From: Oscillospiraceae bacterium
Lineage (GTDB): Bacteria; Bacillota; Clostridia; Oscillospirales; Oscillospiraceae
DNA: 64,000 bases
Direction of reading: 5' to 3'
Assembly (NCBI GenBank): GCA_009784725.1
Contig: WQXS01000008.1
Span: forward strand, 15,186-79,185
The position numbers and the translations under genes were made by a program. Below are positions 46,472-55,938 of this stretch, in pieces. How positions within the stretch are numbered: position 1 is the stretch's first letter; each line of letters starts with the position of its first letter. Under the pieces are notes generated by a model. That model did no database searches and was not told where the DNA came from. It was given only the letters and a program-made list of their open reading frames with translations.

Positions 46472-47491
46472 TTATTCTCCCATCCTTTCAAGAAAGCGCC
46501 AAATAAGCTTATATACTGCTTCCATGTCGGAAATTTTACCGACGCAGGTTGGTGAGTGCAGGTTCCTTATCGGTGCGGCTATCCCTGCTGTTTTGATACC
46601 CGAGCGCGAAGTGTGAAAAACTGCGCCGTCCGTCGCTCCCGCAATATATGTTTTTGTCTGCCAGGGGATATTGTTTTTCTCTGCGGTTTCCGTCAATAAG
46701 CTGTGTATTTCCTTATTGTATATTGTCCCGCTGTCCATAAACGGCAAAACCGGTCCGTTACCGAGCTTGCAGACTTTTTTATTTTCCGGGACGGACGGCA
46801 GATCTGCAGCTGTGGTTCCTTCAACAATCAGCGCTATATCCGGAGCTGTGCTGTATGCTGCAGTGTATGCTCCTCGAAGACCGACTTCCTCCTGAACGGT
46901 AAAAGCAAATGTACAGTCAACCGGAAGCTCGGATTCAATCAGCTCCATAAGAACCGCACAGCCGAATCTGTCATCAATGGCCTTTGCCTTAATAAACCCA
47001 TTGCCGAACTCGCGGATATCCTCGTCAAACACTCCCGCATCGCCGAGCGTAACAAGCTTTTCTGCTTCGCTTTTATTTTTGACACCAATGTCAATATACA
47101 TATCCTCGAAATCAACAGGGTTTTCACGATCTTTTGATTTTACCAGATGGATTGCTTTACAACCTATTATGCCTTGCACCTTTGATTTGCCGATAAGTAC
47201 CGCTTTTCCCAAAACAACTCGGCCGTCAAAGCTGCCTGCCTTTGCAAATCTTAAATATCCGTCATCGGTTATGCCTGTGACAATTATTCCGACCTCGTCC
47301 ATATGAGCACATAAAACGATTTTCTGCTTTGGTGTTACTTTTCCTTTTTTACTTACAAGGACATTCCCCATTGTATCAACACGCACATCATCCGTGTACT
47401 TTCCGGCATGGTTTACAATGTAATCTTTTATTTCCTCTTCATTACCGGAAGCTCCGCTCAGCTCACAAAGCTCTTTCATTTTATTCAACAT
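46472..47491 (-). CDS. M42 family metallopeptidase
   Basis: Start re-placed at ATG 47491 (MLNKMKELCELSGASGNE), which overlaps the upstream paralog's stop by 1 nt. Confidence 0.88.
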   Translation of the reverse strand: MLNKMKELCELSGASGNEEEIKDYIVNHAGKYTDDVRVDTMGNVLVSKKGKVTPKQKIVLCAHMDEVGIIVTGITDDGYLRFAKAGSFDGRVVLGKAVLIGKSKVQGIIGCKAIHLVKSKDRENPVDFEDMYIDIGVKNKSEAEKLVTLGDAGVFDEDIREFGNGFIKAKAIDDRFGCAVLMELIESELPVDCTFAFTVQEEVGLRGAYTAAYSTAPDIALIVEGTTAADLPSVPENKKVCKLGNGPVLPFMDSGTIYNKEIHSLLTETAEKNNIPWQTKTYIAGATDGAVFHTSRSGIKTAGIAAPIRNLHSPTCVGKISDMEAVYKLIWRFLERMGE

Positions 47492-48534
47492 TACTCTGCT
47501 CCCCCTTTCATGGATTTTGCAACCCGGGTGAGAAGCTGTGCGCATGCTTCAATATCATCAAGTGATGCAACCTCATTTGCACTGTGCATATATTTCATTG
47601 GTAACCCAAGGAGCGCAGTTGCAGTACCTGCTCTCGATATCTGAATTGCTCTTGCATTTGTCCCGCTGTTACTTTCAGCCTTGACATTAATCTGATGTTT
47701 AATGTCGTTTTCCTTCGCAAGCTTAATCACAGCCTCGGTCAGTGCCGGGTTCATGTTCGGACCTCTTGTTATAATTACTCCATCACCCATAAGCATTGCC
47801 GTATCTGCAGGTTTTGTATCGGGTGTTTTTACATGGTCAACATCAATTACAACAGAGTAATCGGGTGCAATTGCATATGCTCCTGTTGCAGCTCCTCTTG
47901 AGCCGACTTCCTCCTGAACACTTGCCATGACATAAAGATCGACATCAAGGTCGGTTTCCGCAAGCAACTCAAGGCTTCGCATAAATGCTGCAACGCCTGC
48001 CCTGTCGTCAATTGCTTTGCCGCAGATAAGGTTTTTACCAAATGAACGTACGCCGTAAGCGAATACTCCATGTGTTCCCGGCGAAACAAGCTTTACCGCT
48101 TCGTCATGAGAAAGTCCTATGTCTATAAATAAGTCCTCTATTTTGAAGTTGTTTTCTGTATCTTCCTTTTTTAGGATATGCGGAGGCAATACGGAAATAA
48201 CCCCGTAAAGCGGCGGGTCTGTGCATACGGTTACGCCTGCTGCGGGAATTACTCTTGCATCAAAGCCTCCAAGCTTTGAAAAACGTAAAAATCCTTCCTC
48301 AACCCCTGTGACAACAAACCCAATCTCATCAATGTGTGCGTCAAAAAGCAGCTTTTTTGCATTTTCCTTTCCGCATCTGCGAACGCCGATAACATTTCCC
48401 AAAACATCTATCCGGGCTTCATCAACCAGCGGCTCAAGCATTTCTTTGACACGCCGGGCAACAGGTTCTTCAAATCCCGCAGGTCCGGGTATGGAGCACA
48501 GCTCGGTTATTACATCTTTTAAGTTCATATTCAT
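47491..48534 (-). CDS. M42 family metallopeptidase (paralog)
   Basis: 347 aa, ELCSIPGPAGFE N-terminus, HIDEIG metal site. Confidence 0.9.
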   Translation of the reverse strand: MNMNLKDVITELCSIPGPAGFEEPVARRVKEMLEPLVDEARIDVLGNVIGVRRCGKENAKKLLFDAHIDEIGFVVTGVEEGFLRFSKLGGFDARVIPAAGVTVCTDPPLYGVISVLPPHILKKEDTENNFKIEDLFIDIGLSHDEAVKLVSPGTHGVFAYGVRSFGKNLICGKAIDDRAGVAAFMRSLELLAETDLDVDLYVMASVQEEVGSRGAATGAYAIAPDYSVVIDVDHVKTPDTKPADTAMLMGDGVIITRGPNMNPALTEAVIKLAKENDIKHQINVKAESNSGTNARAIQISRAGTATALLGLPMKYMHSANEVASLDDIEACAQLLTRVAKSMKGGAE

Positions 48535-49976
48535 ACCAACCTATCTATAATTTCCTTGAATTTATTTCCTCGTTCTTCGAAGTTCTTAAAGCTGTCAAAT
48601 GATGTACATGCAGGTGACAATAAAACTATATCACCGGGCTGTGCTTCTTTTGCTGCCATTTCTACTGCTTTTGTAAAATCGGGGTCATGGTGAATTTGCG
48701 GTTGATGGAACTCCTCCATGTTATCGGCAATATTCCGGTTTGGTGCATCATTAACCGCCCGGCGTATCTGTTCTGCGGCAGTACCCGTAAGAATCAGGGT
48801 TTTCACACGGGCATTGATTTCAATCCCAAGCTCGTCAAACTCTATTCCTTTGTCTTTACCGCCTGCTATTAATATTATTTTACGCTTATTACCCGGAACA
48901 TAATTTCCCTCACGCTCCGAAAATGCCTTTAACCCTGCTATTGCACGGCTCGGACTTGAGGCTATTGAGTCGTTATAATATCTTACTCCGGTTAATTCTC
49001 TTACAAACTCAATCCGATGCTCCACTCCGTAAAAGCTGTTTGCTGTTTTTTTAATTGCCGATTGGCCTACGATACCCGAAACTGCAGAAATTGCAGCAAG
49101 GTAATTTTCAATATTATGTGTACCGGGCAGAACTATTTCATCCGAATGCATTATTTCGGTTGCTTCATTATTTTTCGATTCATAAATTATCCCGTTTCTT
49201 AAATACGTACCGTTTTTGACTTTATTAAAACGGCTGAAGAGTTTCACATCACCTGCCGGGGCAATTTTTGAATAATGATTTGTTACAGTATTGTCAAAAT
49301 TAAATACAGCCCGGTCTGCTTTCCTTTGATGAATAAAAATATTGCTTTTTGCATCAACATATTCATGTAAATCGGTATGAACATCAAGATGGTTCGGTGA
49401 TAAATTTGTCACAACCGCCGTACCCGGGCTTTTTTTCATTGTTATAAGCTGAAATGATGAAAGTTCAATAACTGCAATATCGGTGTTTTTTATTTCATCA
49501 ACCCTGCCGAGCAGCGGTGTTCCTATATTCCCTCCGACATGGACGGTTTTCCCTTCATTTCGGAGCAGCTCCGCTATGATTGATGTTGTTGTTGTTTTAC
49601 CGTCACTGCCTGTTACCGCAATAATTTTACATGGACAAAGCTCAAAAAATACTTCCATTTCACTTGTCAGAGTTGCTCCGTTTTCAGCAGCTTTGCTCAA
49701 AAACGGGTTTGACGGCATAAGTCCCGGCGTTCTGAAAATTATGTCCTGTGACAAATTCTCAAGATAGTCTTCTCCGAGCTTCAGTTTCGCACCGTTTTCC
49801 TTATAGGAGCGGATATTTTCATCTCCTATATCATCAATAGTGCTTTTGTCACATATTGTCGTATCTATTCCTGCATCAAGCAGAAGCTTAATAAGCGGTG
49901 TATTGCTTATACCCGCACCGACTACAGCAACCCGCTTTGTTTTCAGGCTATTCAGATAGCTTTTTAAGTCACCCAT
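48531..49976 (-). CDS. murD: UDP-N-acetylmuramoylalanine--D-glutamate ligase
   Basis: 481 aa, VTGSDGKTTT P-loop, N-terminal Rossmann VAVVGAGISN. Confidence 0.93.
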   Translation of the reverse strand: MGDLKSYLNSLKTKRVAVVGAGISNTPLIKLLLDAGIDTTICDKSTIDDIGDENIRSYKENGAKLKLGEDYLENLSQDIIFRTPGLMPSNPFLSKAAENGATLTSEMEVFFELCPCKIIAVTGSDGKTTTTSIIAELLRNEGKTVHVGGNIGTPLLGRVDEIKNTDIAVIELSSFQLITMKKSPGTAVVTNLSPNHLDVHTDLHEYVDAKSNIFIHQRKADRAVFNFDNTVTNHYSKIAPAGDVKLFSRFNKVKNGTYLRNGIIYESKNNEATEIMHSDEIVLPGTHNIENYLAAISAVSGIVGQSAIKKTANSFYGVEHRIEFVRELTGVRYYNDSIASSPSRAIAGLKAFSEREGNYVPGNKRKIILIAGGKDKGIEFDELGIEINARVKTLILTGTAAEQIRRAVNDAPNRNIADNMEEFHQPQIHHDPDFTKAVEMAAKEAQPGDIVLLSPACTSFDSFKNFEERGNKFKEIIDRLV

Positions 49977-50980
49977 ATCTCCTCGCCTGTGCTTTGCTCG
50001 CTTCTTCTGCTTCTTCCCATGAGGTCACGAAGTGCAACCTTCGGCGGTTTGTTTTCGTACAGCACCCTGTATGTTTCAAGGCAAATCGGCATATCGACAT
50101 CAACCTTTTCCGATAGCTCCTTAGCAGCCTTCGCAGCGTAATATCCTTCGACAACCGCTCCGGTTTTAGTCATTGCATCCTGTGCACTTAACCCGTTTCC
50201 GATAAAAACACCGGCACGCCTGTTTCTTGAGTATTCAGACATGCATGTCACAATTAAATCTCCGAGGCCCGCAAGCCCTGCGAGCGTTTCCTTGCGCCCA
50301 CCCATTTTAACACAAAGCTCCGCCATTTCGGCAAGCCCTCTTGTTATGAGCATCGCCATTGTATTATCTCCGAAACCGAGTCCTGCACTGATTCCCGCAC
50401 CGAGTGCTATAACGTTTTTTAAGGCTGCGCCGAGCTCAACGCCAACAACATCCGTTGTTGTATATACACGAAGATAATCATTCATCAGCAGGTTTTGCAC
50501 ACGCATCGCAACCGATATATCTTCCGATGCGGCAACACATGCTGTCGGTACCTTCCTTGCAACCTCCTCGGCATGAGTCGGACCCGATACTGCTGCGATT
50601 GAAGCTGATTCTCCGAAGGTTTCCTTGAGGATAGAAGAAAAGAGACTTGATGTATCTTTTTCAATGCCCTTTGACATACAGATTATAACACAATCATCCT
50701 CAAGCCTGCCTAAAAGTGCTTGTGCTGTTTCCCGAAGCCCGTAAGATGGTACGGCAATTACTGCAGCTCCCGCATTACTTACTGCTTCGTTTATATCGGA
50801 TGTTATGTTGATTTTATCCGGTATTACGACTCCCTTTAAAAGCGGGTTTTCCCGGGTGTCACTTAAGATATTACTTTCTTCTTCAAATTTGGACCAAAGT
50901 GTAACATCATATCCGTTATCGTTTAAAAGCAAAGCAATTGATGTCCCCCATGAACCGCTGCCGAAAACTGTTGTCTTCAT
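49964..50980 (-). CDS. gpsA: NAD(P)H-dependent glycerol-3-phosphate dehydrogenase
   Basis: 338 aa, GSGSWGTS motif, follows plsY. Confidence 0.95.
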   Translation of the reverse strand: MKTTVFGSGSWGTSIALLLNDNGYDVTLWSKFEEESNILSDTRENPLLKGVVIPDKINITSDINEAVSNAGAAVIAVPSYGLRETAQALLGRLEDDCVIICMSKGIEKDTSSLFSSILKETFGESASIAAVSGPTHAEEVARKVPTACVAASEDISVAMRVQNLLMNDYLRVYTTTDVVGVELGAALKNVIALGAGISAGLGFGDNTMAMLITRGLAEMAELCVKMGGRKETLAGLAGLGDLIVTCMSEYSRNRRAGVFIGNGLSAQDAMTKTGAVVEGYYAAKAAKELSEKVDVDMPICLETYRVLYENKPPKVALRDLMGRSRRSEQSTGEEIWVT

Positions 50981-51654
50981 TCTTTTCGCTCCTTACTGCG
51001 CTTCAGTGTCAGTTTTGATTCCTCGCCTTTAACAAGGCGTTTAATGTTCGGTGTATGCCTCAATACTACCAGCAGTACGCACATTATAACAATCGTATGC
51101 TCCGCAAGCCCGCCTACGTTGAATAAATACATTGAAACCGAAAACGCAACAGACCCGAGTATCGCTCCAAGCGATACATACCTTGTTATAAGCACTATCA
51201 GAATAAAAACACCCCATGAGATAAGAGCAAGTCTCCAGTCAACAATTATTACTATGCAGCCTATCGCCGTTATTCCCTTTCCTCCGCGAAACTTGTAAAA
51301 AAGCGGGAAGCAATGACCGAGCATAACAAAAAAGCCTGCAAGCACCTGACCGAAGTATGCCAAATCAAAATACCGGTAAAGAGGCCCGACTTCCGTAAGA
51401 ACCATTCCCGTAAAATGTGCAAACAACCAACCTCCGAACAGAACAGGGGCGATTGTTTTTACAACGTCAATTATCACAACAAGAATAAATCCGCCAAGCC
51501 CGAATGTTCTGTAGAAATTCGTAAGCCCGGGGTTTCCGCTCCCGAAATCGCGGATATCCTTGCGGTACAGCATCTTTGATGTGATTATTGCACCGTTTAC
51601 ACTGCCAAGCACATAGGCAGGTACGGCTGTAATTAATATCAGCAGAATGAACAT
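50977..51654 (-). CDS. plsY: Glycerol-3-phosphate acyltransferase PlsY
   Basis: 225 aa, GSGNPGLTN motif, multi-TM. Confidence 0.93.
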   Translation of the reverse strand: MFILLILITAVPAYVLGSVNGAIITSKMLYRKDIRDFGSGNPGLTNFYRTFGLGGFILVVIIDVVKTIAPVLFGGWLFAHFTGMVLTEVGPLYRYFDLAYFGQVLAGFFVMLGHCFPLFYKFRGGKGITAIGCIVIIVDWRLALISWGVFILIVLITRYVSLGAILGSVAFSVSMYLFNVGGLAEHTIVIMCVLLVVLRHTPNIKRLVKGEESKLTLKRSKERKE

Positions 51655-51658
51655 GGCA

Positions 51659-52978
51659 TCAATCCTCTTTTTGTCTGACTATCATGCGGATCGGGGTTCC
51701 TTCGAGACCGAATACCCGGCGTATCCGGTTCTCCAGATATCTGAGATATGAAAAATGGAACAGCTTTGATTCATTACAAAAACATACAAATGTCGGAGGC
51801 CGTACACCTGTTTGTGTCATATAATATATCTTAAGCCTTCTCCCTTTGTCGGTCGGCGGCTGAACACGTGCAGTTGCATCGGCAAGCACACTGTTAAGTG
51901 TTCCCGTTGATATCCGTGTATTTGTCTGTTCAAAGACAAAGTTTATAAGCTCAAACAGCTTTGAAACACGCTGCCCTGTTAAAGCAGAGATGAATAAAAC
52001 GGGAGCATATGTCATATAGCTGAAACCGTTTAATACATCCTTTCGCATTTCCTCCATGGTACCTGTTTCTTTTTCAATCAAATCCCATTTATTTACTGTT
52101 ATTATACTTGCTTTACCCGCTTCATGTGCAAGTCCTGCCACTTTTGTATCCTGTTCGGTAACACCGTCACGGGCATCTATCATTATTATACATACATCCG
52201 AGCGTTCTATCGCCATTTTCGCACGCAGCACACTGTAATGTTCAATCCTGTTGTCGATTTTTGACTTTCGCCTGAGACCTGCTGTGTCTATAAAAACATA
52301 TTTTCCGTTCTTATTTTCAAAAGGAGTATCTACTGCATCCCTTGTTGTCCCTGCCTGATCACTTACGATTACCCTTGTTTCACCGAGGATTTTATTTATC
52401 AGTGACGATTTACCCGCATTTGGTTTGCCTATTACTGCAACCCGTATTACATCATCATCCGGAGCATCTCCTGTTTCCGGCGGAAGAAGTCTTACACATT
52501 CGTCAAGCAGGTCGCCCGTTCCGTGACCGTGAGCTGCCGATACGGAAATCGGGTCACCGAGTCCGAGTGAATAAAATTCGTATATATCGGGATTTTCTCT
52601 GCCTGTTGAATCCATTTTATTTACAGCAAGTAAAACAGGTTTCCTTGATTTTTGAAGCATTCTGGCTACATCTGCATCCGCTGCGGTTACTCCGGTGGTA
52701 AAATCAGTCACGAAAACAATGACATCTGTCATTTCTATCGCAAGCATTGCCTGTTCCCGCATAAATATCAGCATTTCCGTATCTGCAGCAGGTTCAATCC
52801 CGCCGGTGTCGATTAAATCAAACTCCCTGCCGTTCCAGTCCGTTGTTGCATATAACCTGTCTCTTGTTACCCCCGGTGTATCTTCAACAATGGACAGGCG
52901 TTTTCCGACAAGCCTGTTAAACAAGGTCGATTTGCCTACATTCGGTCTGCCTACTATTGCTACAAGATTTCTTGGCAT
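51659..52978 (-). CDS. der: Ribosome biogenesis GTPase Der (EngA)
   Basis: 439 aa, tandem G domains GRPNVGKST and GKPNAGKSS. Confidence 0.96.
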   Translation of the reverse strand: MPRNLVAIVGRPNVGKSTLFNRLVGKRLSIVEDTPGVTRDRLYATTDWNGREFDLIDTGGIEPAADTEMLIFMREQAMLAIEMTDVIVFVTDFTTGVTAADADVARMLQKSRKPVLLAVNKMDSTGRENPDIYEFYSLGLGDPISVSAAHGHGTGDLLDECVRLLPPETGDAPDDDVIRVAVIGKPNAGKSSLINKILGETRVIVSDQAGTTRDAVDTPFENKNGKYVFIDTAGLRRKSKIDNRIEHYSVLRAKMAIERSDVCIIMIDARDGVTEQDTKVAGLAHEAGKASIITVNKWDLIEKETGTMEEMRKDVLNGFSYMTYAPVLFISALTGQRVSKLFELINFVFEQTNTRISTGTLNSVLADATARVQPPTDKGRRLKIYYMTQTGVRPPTFVCFCNESKLFHFSYLRYLENRIRRVFGLEGTPIRMIVRQKED

Positions 52979-54304
52979 CTATATCTCCTGTTGTGTTTCC
53001 AGAATAGCGTTTAATAAATCCGCTCCGTTTGGTTTAATAATATGAACCGGTACTCCAAGTTCATATGATAATTGTGAAACCGTGATATCGTCAAGAAAAA
53101 TATCTTCTCCGGCCCGCAGCATATTTCCGGGAATAAGTACTCTTGACCCCAAGCTTTTATCCTTAAGCTGCCCGATTATGTCCCCGCCGGTAACAAGCCC
53201 GGAAACAGTGACGCTTTCACCGAAAAAGTCATTTTTTATACCTATAACTTCACACTCGATTTTATCATATTTTTCTTTTGCTGTTTTTAAAAGATTTGTT
53301 AAATATTTTACTGCAAGACAGCCTGTTATAACAGTTTGCATTGTATACCCGTCTTTTATAGAATGCCTGTCCGCTCTGTTTAAGGCAATTTCAAATTCGC
53401 TTATAAACAACCGCATCATTCCAACGCCGTTTTCCAGCTGGGGATAATTTTCATAAAACTCATTTCCGGGAAGCTTAAAGCCTGCAAGCATATAAAGTTC
53501 ATCGGAACAGAAGAAAACTCTCGAGCCGCGTTTTTTCAAGCACTTTTCCCCGTAATATTCGACTCTTCTGATTGTCTGCCTTGCTAGTGCCGCAGTAAAC
53601 GGGTGCAGCTTTGTCAAACCTTCTCTGTGTTTTGTAAGACCTGCTGGAACAATCGAGACACTTTTAATACCCGGGCCAAGCCTGATTAACCCTTCAATAG
53701 TCCTTGCAAGCTTCCATCCGTCATTAACTCCCGGACAGCATACAATTTGGCAGTTAAGTTCAATCCCCGCTCCCGCAAGAGCCTTAAGCGAATCGAGTCC
53801 GGCACCACCCTTTTTGTTGCCGAGAATATAAGAGCGCAGTTTTGGGTTAAGAGTATGGACCGATACATTAACAGGGCTGATACGCAACGCGATTATCCTT
53901 TCAATATCCTTGCGGGACAAGTTGGTCAGCGTAACATAATTACCCTGAAAAAAAGATAATCTGACATCATCATCCTTGTAATAAAGCGATTCTCTCATTG
54001 CGGCGGGTAATTGATCTATAAAACAAAAAATACACTTATTAGCACAATGTTTTTCATCATCCATAAGCGGCTTTTCAAATTCTATCCCTAAATCTGCACC
54101 TTCAGGTTTCTTTATATTAATCAGCTTGATTTTTTTGTCCGGAGAAATAAATTCAAGTAGCAGTCTGTTATCGTATGAGTAATATTCATAGTCCAAAATA
54201 TCATTAATCGTATTGCAGTTGATCTTCCGCAATGCATCACCATGATTAATGATTGAACCGGAAACTATACTGTCGGGTCTGACTAGTTTAACGACTGCAT
54301 TCAT
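52979..54304 (-). CDS. DUF512-type radical-SAM-like protein
   Basis: 441 aa, CANKCIFC (Cx3Cx2C). The stop abuts the der start. Confidence 0.8.
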   Translation of the reverse strand: MNAVVKLVRPDSIVSGSIINHGDALRKINCNTINDILDYEYYSYDNRLLLEFISPDKKIKLINIKKPEGADLGIEFEKPLMDDEKHCANKCIFCFIDQLPAAMRESLYYKDDDVRLSFFQGNYVTLTNLSRKDIERIIALRISPVNVSVHTLNPKLRSYILGNKKGGAGLDSLKALAGAGIELNCQIVCCPGVNDGWKLARTIEGLIRLGPGIKSVSIVPAGLTKHREGLTKLHPFTAALARQTIRRVEYYGEKCLKKRGSRVFFCSDELYMLAGFKLPGNEFYENYPQLENGVGMMRLFISEFEIALNRADRHSIKDGYTMQTVITGCLAVKYLTNLLKTAKEKYDKIECEVIGIKNDFFGESVTVSGLVTGGDIIGQLKDKSLGSRVLIPGNMLRAGEDIFLDDITVSQLSYELGVPVHIIKPNGADLLNAILETQQEI

Positions 54305-54324
54305 ATAATACCCTTACCTGAACA

Positions 54325-54355
54325 TAAAAAAAGCGGGGTACATCCCCGCTTTTAT
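54325..54355 (-). terminator. Intrinsic terminator after rpmF
   Basis: On the minus strand: AAAGCGGGG-ATGTA-CCCCGCTTTTTTT. Confidence 0.8.
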
Positions 54356-54365
54356 TGCGGCACAA

Positions 54366-54536
54366 TTATGAAACTTCACGGCCATTGTATGTTCCGCAAG
54401 CTTTGCAAGCTCTGTGCGGCATACGGAGTTCTCCGCATTTGGAGCATTTGGAAAGTCCGGGAGTCTCAAGCTTCCAATGAGATGAACGTCTTTTATTTCT
54501 TCTTGCTTTTGAAACCTTACTTTTTGGTACCGCCAT
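54366..54536 (-). CDS. rpmF: 50S ribosomal protein L32
   Basis: Own translation: MAVPKSKVSKARRNKRRSSHWKLETPGLSKCSKCGELRMPHRACKACGTYNGREVS (56 aa, below the ORF-track cutoff). GGGAGG RBS. Located downstream of yceD. Confidence 0.93.
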   Translation of the reverse strand: MAVPKSKVSKARRNKRRSSHWKLETPGLSKCSKCGELRMPHRACKACGTYNGREVS

Positions 54537-54565
54537 TTGTAAACACCTCCCGGTATTAATATTCT

Positions 54566-55057
54566 TTATTCTTCAAGCAGCTGACCCAGAACTGCAAGCC
54601 GCGGGTCAATCTCTTTTTTGCATTTGCACTTATTAATGTTTAAATCTGCTCCGCATTGCTGGCATAAGCCTTTGCAATCTTCGCTGCACAGCAACGTGTC
54701 GTCTGTATTTAAGATAAATTCGGTGACTATTATTTCTTCTGCGTCGACCTTGTCTCCCTGAAGGAAGTAACCATCCGGGTTTTCCCCTTCTCCCCCTTCA
54801 GTGAGATTCGCCGAAATAACTTTGTGTACGGGATATTCGAACTCTTTAAGACATCTTGCGCAGACACATTCGCAGATTGCATCTGCATTCGCCGAAAACG
54901 TCAGTATTCCTGCTGTATTCGTAACGCTTCCCGCTGCTCTCGAGGGCTTTTGTATCCTCTTGATTGAACCGCCTGCCGCCTCCGACATATCGGGCTCGAA
55001 ATCAAATGATACCTTTCCGCCGGGAACACCAATTATCTCTCTCAGATCGATAATCAT
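54566..55057 (-). CDS. YceD/DUF177 family protein
   Basis: 163 aa, Cys-rich C-terminus (CxxxCxGLCxxCG). Conserved pairing with rpmF. Confidence 0.88.
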   Translation of the reverse strand: MIIDLREIIGVPGGKVSFDFEPDMSEAAGGSIKRIQKPSRAAGSVTNTAGILTFSANADAICECVCARCLKEFEYPVHKVISANLTEGGEGENPDGYFLQGDKVDAEEIIVTEFILNTDDTLLCSEDCKGLCQQCGADLNINKCKCKKEIDPRLAVLGQLLEE

Positions 55058-55105
55058 AACGACCCCTTACGTATTTATTTTCAGGGTGATGTACACAGCC
55101 AAGTG

Positions 55106-55134
55106 ATTATAAGCTATAAACACCCTTGTGTCAA
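55106..55134 (-). promoter_or_regulatory. Consensus sigma-70 promoter for yceD-rpmF
   Basis: On the minus strand: TTGACA, 17 nt spacer, TATAAT. Confidence 0.75.
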
Positions 55135-55365
55135 GTTTTTGTTCCCCTTTTATCCACCTTTTTTTTACTCTCTCTTTCAGGCGTATGCTTCCTGCTTGGT
55201 TTATCTCTTTAGTTTTTGTGATTTTTGGTACACATTAGGTACGCTTTTAATGTTATAAATATGGAGGTATATTTTGTACCATGATATTGCTTTATTTTGA
55301 GAATTTCACTATAAGCGCAATATATATAGAAAAAAACAGATTTTGAAAGGAAGATTGGGAAAGTT

Positions 55366-55812
55366 ATGAAATTAAGCAAAAAAAGAATCAGTATTGTTCT
55401 CGTCGTTATGCTTGCAATGGCTCTTTCACTTGTAGTCGCAGCATGCGGTTCTGCAGGAGAAGTTAAGCAGGAAGTTATTGACGAAGCAAAAACACTTGTC
55501 GGAGACGCAAAAGCAGAGCTCGCAAAAGTAGAAAATGAAATTGCAAAGCTTGAAGCCGCAGCCGCATCGGAATTTAATACTATTGCAGCCGCAGCAAGAG
55601 GCGCTCTCGAAAATGCAGAAACAGCCATCAGGAACGAAACACGCAAAGGTATTGACGATGCAAAGGATGAAGTTGCAAAAGTAAATGCCGAGATTGCAAA
55701 ACTCAAAGCCGAAGCCGAAAAACTCGAAGGTGAAGCTGCCGACGAAATCCACAAGGTTGTAACAGCACTTGAAGGTAAAGTCAAGGATTTGGAAAACGCA
55801 CTTAAAAAATAG
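55366..55812 (+). CDS. Coiled-coil lipoprotein (hypothetical)
   Basis: 148 aa, signal peptide plus lipobox LVVAAC, Ala/Glu/Lys heptad-like repeats. A terminator follows. Confidence 0.75.
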   Translation: MKLSKKRISIVLVVMLAMALSLVVAACGSAGEVKQEVIDEAKTLVGDAKAELAKVENEIAKLEAAAASEFNTIAAAARGALENAETAIRNETRKGIDDAKDEVAKVNAEIAKLKAEAEKLEGEAADEIHKVVTALEGKVKDLENALKK

Positions 55813-55833
55813 AATTAATAATACCGAAATAAG

Positions 55834-55870
55834 AGGCTGTTGCAAAATGAATGTGCAACAGCCTTTGTTT
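55834..55870 (+). terminator. Intrinsic terminator
   Basis: AGGCTGTTGCA-aaatgaatg-TGCAACAGCCT followed by TTGTTTT. Confidence 0.8.
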
Positions 55871-55880
55871 TGAATACATT

Positions 55881-55911
55881 AGAGCACAAGAGAACCGTCC
55901 CCTTGTGCTCT
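55881..55911. repeat. Hairpin carrying the dispersed motif CACAAGAGAACCGTCCCCTTGTG
   Basis: AGAGCACAAG-AGAACCGTCCC-CTTGTGCTCT. The 22-nt core recurs as a reverse complement at 6601-6622. Confidence 0.7.
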
Positions 55912-55938
55912 TTGTTCCCCCGGGATGATAAATTCTAT

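Noticed and set aside
54368-54559. 63-aa plus-strand ORF from the ORF track
   Set aside because: The opposite strand encodes a textbook ribosomal protein L32 (54366-54536) with an RBS and terminator, so the plus-strand ORF is spurious.
55209-55784. 191-aa minus-strand ORF, Ala/Ser-rich
   Set aside because: It is the antisense shadow of the plus-strand coiled-coil lipoprotein gene (55366-55812). The plus-strand gene has an RBS, a signal peptide with lipobox, and a terminator. The minus-strand ORF is low-complexity and has no RBS.
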